NCBI GenBank assembly: GCA_030167865.1
Contig: JALAGF010004795.1
Coordinates: forward strand, 1-50,101
DNA: 50,101 bases
Reading direction: 5' to 3'
Origin: Craspedostauros australis
Taxonomy: Eukaryota
The stretch's first letter is position 1. Each line of letters starts with the position of its first letter. The position numbers were made by a program, and so were the translations under genes. The notes below the pieces were generated by a model. That model saw only the letters and a list, made by a program, of their open reading frames with translations, did no database searches and was not told the DNA's origin. Positions 46,368 to 50,101 of the stretch are shown in pieces.

Positions 46368-47850
46368 TCAGTCCTCCAACTCCCGTGCGATCTCCGCCTC
46401 CAGCGCGTCGAGTTCGGGGTCCACTATGGCCCCGGCATCCATGTCGTCATCGTCATCCACGAATTCGAATTCGTTGGACATGGCCAAAGATCCTGTCGAG
46501 GAGCTGACGCCGATTGTGTCGGTTGTGCCGTTGTCATTGGCAGCGTCCGATGCTGCTGCGGCGTCGGCTGCTGCACCGAGGGCGGTCGGATCCTGCTGCA
46601 CCGTTTTGTTGATGTCGAATTCCACAGTCTCTTCTTCGGTCTTGGCATCTGCGGCAGAAGCATCGGCGCCTGCGCCACCACTCACGGCTGCGGTGTCCTG
46701 CTGTGCCTGCTGCTGTTGTTCATCCGGGTTGAACGACCAGATCTCGTCGATGCTCAGGCCAGCCTCGTAGCGCGTGTAGGCGCAGTTGAAGAAGTAGTTG
46801 CGCCAGAACACCAACTCGCGTGCTCCGCCACCTGAAGCGTGAGAGAGGGGCCAGATTGTGCACGGAACACAATTCATGCGGTGGGATGACGTGGAATGGG
46901 CAGATGGTGCAGAGCATTACTTTGTGCAAACACGTAAGTAGGGTGAGATTGATGCAGAAAAGAGTAGAGTAGAGTAGAGTCAAGCAGAGTGCATGTGTCT
47001 GATAAAGCTGCACGCTGCAGGAGCACCTGCGGGGATGGAATGCTGATTCAACACAAAACAACTTGTTGGGGTACGAGTATGCACATGTACATACGTATGT
47101 ACATATGCACATCAGACACATATGAGCGCAAGAGCAAGGTCCCTGCACGACAATCACTGCGAACTTACCAGACAAGGTGGATTGCTTCTTGACCAGCTGA
47201 GGATCGATGGCGAGAAGTTTCTGGATCAACCCGACGTGGGAATCCAAATCGAAGTCCTTGAGGAGCGGCGGAAGGGGCTCGAGCTTGGAGAGCTTTTCGA
47301 GGGACTCCGGGGTGGGAAGCCTGTGAAGGTTGACCTCCTTGTCTTCTTCATTATCATCCTTGCTGTCGTCGTCGCCGTCTTCACCATCATCGCCATCACC
47401 GCTCGCAGCCTCATCGCCATCCACAGCGTCGTCGCCTTCCTCGCCATCTTCGCTGTCATCATCACCATCCTCGTCATCGTCATCTGTTCGTGACTTCTTT
47501 GCGTCGGTCGTGACGACCTTGAGTTCCGGAACCTCGTAGGGACCAAAGAAGGAGTCGTCGTCGCTGCTCAGCGCCAGGATGGCCTCCTTGCATTCCTCGA
47601 CCAGTATTTCGCGTTCCGCGTCCCTCGTCTCCCACGGATACATGCCTGCCAGCATGTCCTTGACTTGGGCCTTGTGCTGCGCATCGTCGCGGAACTGCTG
47701 ACGCTCCGCCTTCATGTCGTCCGTGTTCAGCGTGAGCTTGGCCAGCATCTCGCGGTCCAGGGGGACTGCCTCCTTGACCTTTTCCGTCACGGACGCGACC
47801 TTGTCACCGACATCCTTCAGCGCATCCAAACCTGCTGAGAACCAAGACAT
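46368..47850 (-). CDS. BSD-domain protein (SYAP1/DOS2-like), acidic; 2 exons, ~381 aa
   Basis: Exons 47850-47169 and 46831-46368; GTAAGT donor and TTCAG acceptor join in phase 1. Motifs MSWFSAG, YPWET, ILALSSDDDSF, FDLDSH...LLAIDPQL, ELVFWRNYFF and the C-terminal DALEAEIARELED. Confidence 0.88.
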
Positions 47851-47864
47851 TGTGTGAACTGGCG

Positions 47865-47892
47865 TAGAGTAGAGCAGAGTAGAGTAGAGTAG
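47865..47892. repeat. (AGAGT)n pentanucleotide microsatellite just upstream of the BSD gene; a similar tract lies in its intron at ~46961-46980
   Basis: Directly visible imperfect pentamer repeats. Confidence 0.8.
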
Positions 47893-48498
47893 GCTAATGG
47901 AGTAGACTGATGGAGTAGAGCAATGGAGTGGAGGATTTGTGTGGGGGGTGTCCGCACAGAGATGTTGCGGCTATTGCTGTTGCTGTCTTTGCGAGTGTGG
48001 TATGTGCTATGTGCTATGTGCTATGCACGTGTGTGTCTGGCAGTGTGTCAGGTGCGAATGTTCTGAATGAGTTTGGTGTGGGAGCGTGAGGAGGTGTCAA
48101 AGAAAAAGAGGAGGCCCGAACTCTTCGTTGGTTCCTTTTTGTGTTGGTGTTGATGGGCGCTGTTCCGTGGTTGCAGTCCGCCATTGTTCTCTCTTTCTCA
48201 CCGCATCTTTGTGTGTGTGTGTGTTCGCTCGTCGTTGTTGTTGTAGTTGTTGTGGATGGTACGCACAAACGCGCGACACAACAAAACACAACACGAACAC
48301 GAGCAGAACCCGAATCCCGCGTTCAGCATTCTTGAGCAGTCTAACGGAAAGGAATATAGGAATACAATTGTTCGCTGTCGCTGGGAACAATGATTCTGCG
48401 TTGAGCGCATGTGCTATGTTGGATGGTACAAACAGACAAGGTGACACTGATTGCATGCGTTGGGGATTCACAAGTTTTGCCGCCTATGCTTACATTGC

Positions 48499-49503
48499 TC
48501 ACGTCAAACCAGCGTCTTCGATAACATCTTGCGTGAGTAATACTCGTGCTTCCCATCGCGCCATCGGCGATGGTGATTTGTGGACCACAGGATGCAAATG
48601 AGATTTTGTCGTTGGTGATGCGTAGTACTCCTGCCATCGACTTCCGACCAACAACATCACTTCCATCTCTTTACCCTGTACAATATTTGCAACTTTGTCA
48701 TTCACAATCTGCTTGTTGCGTTCTTGTGGTGAAAGGCTCACAAACTCATCATTTGCATCTTCATCGTCACCGCTTTCCTCTTTGCCGTTGTTCAGCAGCA
48801 TGGACCAATTTATCCCTTCATCCTTCGATGCCACGTACTGACAACCGCGCCCCGCCAAGCTTTGGATCCATCGCACAGGTACATGATCGATGTGCCATTG
48901 AGGACACTTGGTGCCGCGAGGACCGCGGCTTGCCACGATTCTCGTTTTGAAGGCCCGATGCTGGTCGGGCTGTTCCACCAAATTCGTTTCGCAGTGGGAT
49001 CGAAACAGTCGCATTGCTTCAACAACTTGCTGTATGCGTGCATTGTGCAGCTGTTGTTCTGCAGCATCGTCATGACCACCATGTTTCGACGATCCCGCCG
49101 TGCACTTCTTTAACAATCTCGAAGCAACTTGTTCTGGGTCATCCCGCGTTGTCCATTGGATCGTCTCATCAAAGCCAATGCCTGCCTGCCAAATCGGTGG
49201 GATCATTGGCTTCCAGAGCTCATTGGGATTCGTTTGGCTTGTTGGCATTTCGATTCTTTCGTACGCCGATGAGATCCCTTGTACCGACCGTGCTGGTGGC
49301 GGTGACGCCGTCGACCGCAGCAAACCGACCGTTCTTGCTTTGCAATCGAATGTGATGGGAGTGTGTGATTGCGACACCACATGAGGGCTGACCTGTTGGA
49401 AAGCGCGGCATGTTGATGCCACGACCATCAAAAGCAGCAACGCGAGGCTGCGGCCGTGCACGGCAAATGCACGTGTCCGAGTGTGTTTGTCCATTGGCGT
49501 CAT
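48499..49503 (-). CDS. DUF1826 family protein (HxD...H putative metal-binding fold) with a probable plastid presequence, ~334 aa
   Basis: KCPQWHIDHVPVRWIQSLAGRGCQY, LLVGSRW, VVHKSP and RVLLTQD match the DUF1826 pattern CPxFHxDxVxxR..G.GT..HRSP..RLLLTLD. The ATG at 49503 or 49494 precedes the signal-like LALLLLMVVASTCRA|FQ. Confidence 0.8.
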   Translation of the reverse strand: MTPMDKHTRTRAFAVHGRSLALLLLMVVASTCRAFQQVSPHVVSQSHTPITFDCKARTVGLLRSTASPPPARSVQGISSAYERIEMPTSQTNPNELWKPMIPPIWQAGIGFDETIQWTTRDDPEQVASRLLKKCTAGSSKHGGHDDAAEQQLHNARIQQVVEAMRLFRSHCETNLVEQPDQHRAFKTRIVASRGPRGTKCPQWHIDHVPVRWIQSLAGRGCQYVASKDEGINWSMLLNNGKEESGDDEDANDEFVSLSPQERNKQIVNDKVANIVQGKEMEVMLLVGSRWQEYYASPTTKSHLHPVVHKSPSPMARWEARVLLTQDVIEDAGLT

Positions 49504-50101
49504 CCTTGTTCGTTTCAATTTTCGGTTTTCTGTTTGTGTGTCGTCTCTCTTGTGCTCATCGTCGTACTTCACATTGACTTTGGGTTGACCTCTTTTCCAT
49601 CATCATCGTCGTCGTCGCGTTAGCCATCATCATCGTTGTCGATGTCGTCGATGTCGTCGATGTCGATGTCACATGGCGACCATCATCCTTGGTTGCAAAC
49701 GGAGCGGTTCGGTTCATCAACAACATCATTCGCTTCGATTTGGCAGAGGCCCTCTTGCGTGTGTTACGTCATCGTTCTTTGGCGCCAACACGACCAATTC
49801 ATTGTTTGCAGGGAGTTGTCGGAAAAGGAGAAAAGCTTACTTTTTATGTCGGAATTGGCAAGACTAGGTACTTGATTAGACATAAATATGTGATGTGCAC
49901 CCATCATGGTACTTTGTTTGTTCCTACTACTATNGAGTACTTAGTTAGTGCTCTCCTTTGTGTTTCTGTTTCTGTTGTTTTCGTTGTTTTTTGGTGTTTG
50001 TTTTGGTTTTGTTCGTGCTGTTGTCGTTATTCTGTGTGATCTACTCTGGGGAGTAGCGCTCTCTGTCTGTGATGTCTGCCTGCTTTGCTGGTTCTCGTGT
50101 G

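Noticed and set aside
49860-50101. AT-richer end segment with an N at 49934 and a small GAGTACT..AGTGCTC hairpin
   Set aside because: Too short, next to an ambiguous base and truncated by the window edge; no feature can be supported.

Overview
Eukaryotic nuclear DNA from a diatom. The evidence is a fucoxanthin-chlorophyll a/c-binding (Lhcf) gene with an ASAFAP-type presequence, GT-AG introns of 161-524 nt, and CAA/CAG-rich low-complexity tracts; a pennate lineage is likely but is inference. Thirteen protein-coding genes are supported, with exon junctions checked by hand for reading-frame continuity: a TLC-domain membrane protein, a divergent UPF3-like protein, a YafJ-like class II glutamine amidotransferase, an omega-like GST, a tandem-SET-domain protein, a very long POT1-like telomeric OB-fold protein, a Gln-rich PX-like protein, Lhcf, a divergent TM9SF/EMP70, a DExD-box helicase (DETD) with a probable plastid presequence, a ~4789-aa TRRAP/Tra1, a BSD-domain protein and a probably plastid-targeted DUF1826 protein. 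No rRNA, tRNA, CRISPR array or intact mobile element was seen. The most notable items are the ~725-aa unexplained N-terminal extension fused to POT1, the convergent amidotransferase/GST pair, the atypical TM9SF tail, the tandem-SET protein lacking an ATG-initiated signal peptide, and a 71-bp tandem duplication plus a 16-bp palindrome in the Lhcf/TM9SF divergent promoter. All family calls come from motif recognition only; no database searches were run.
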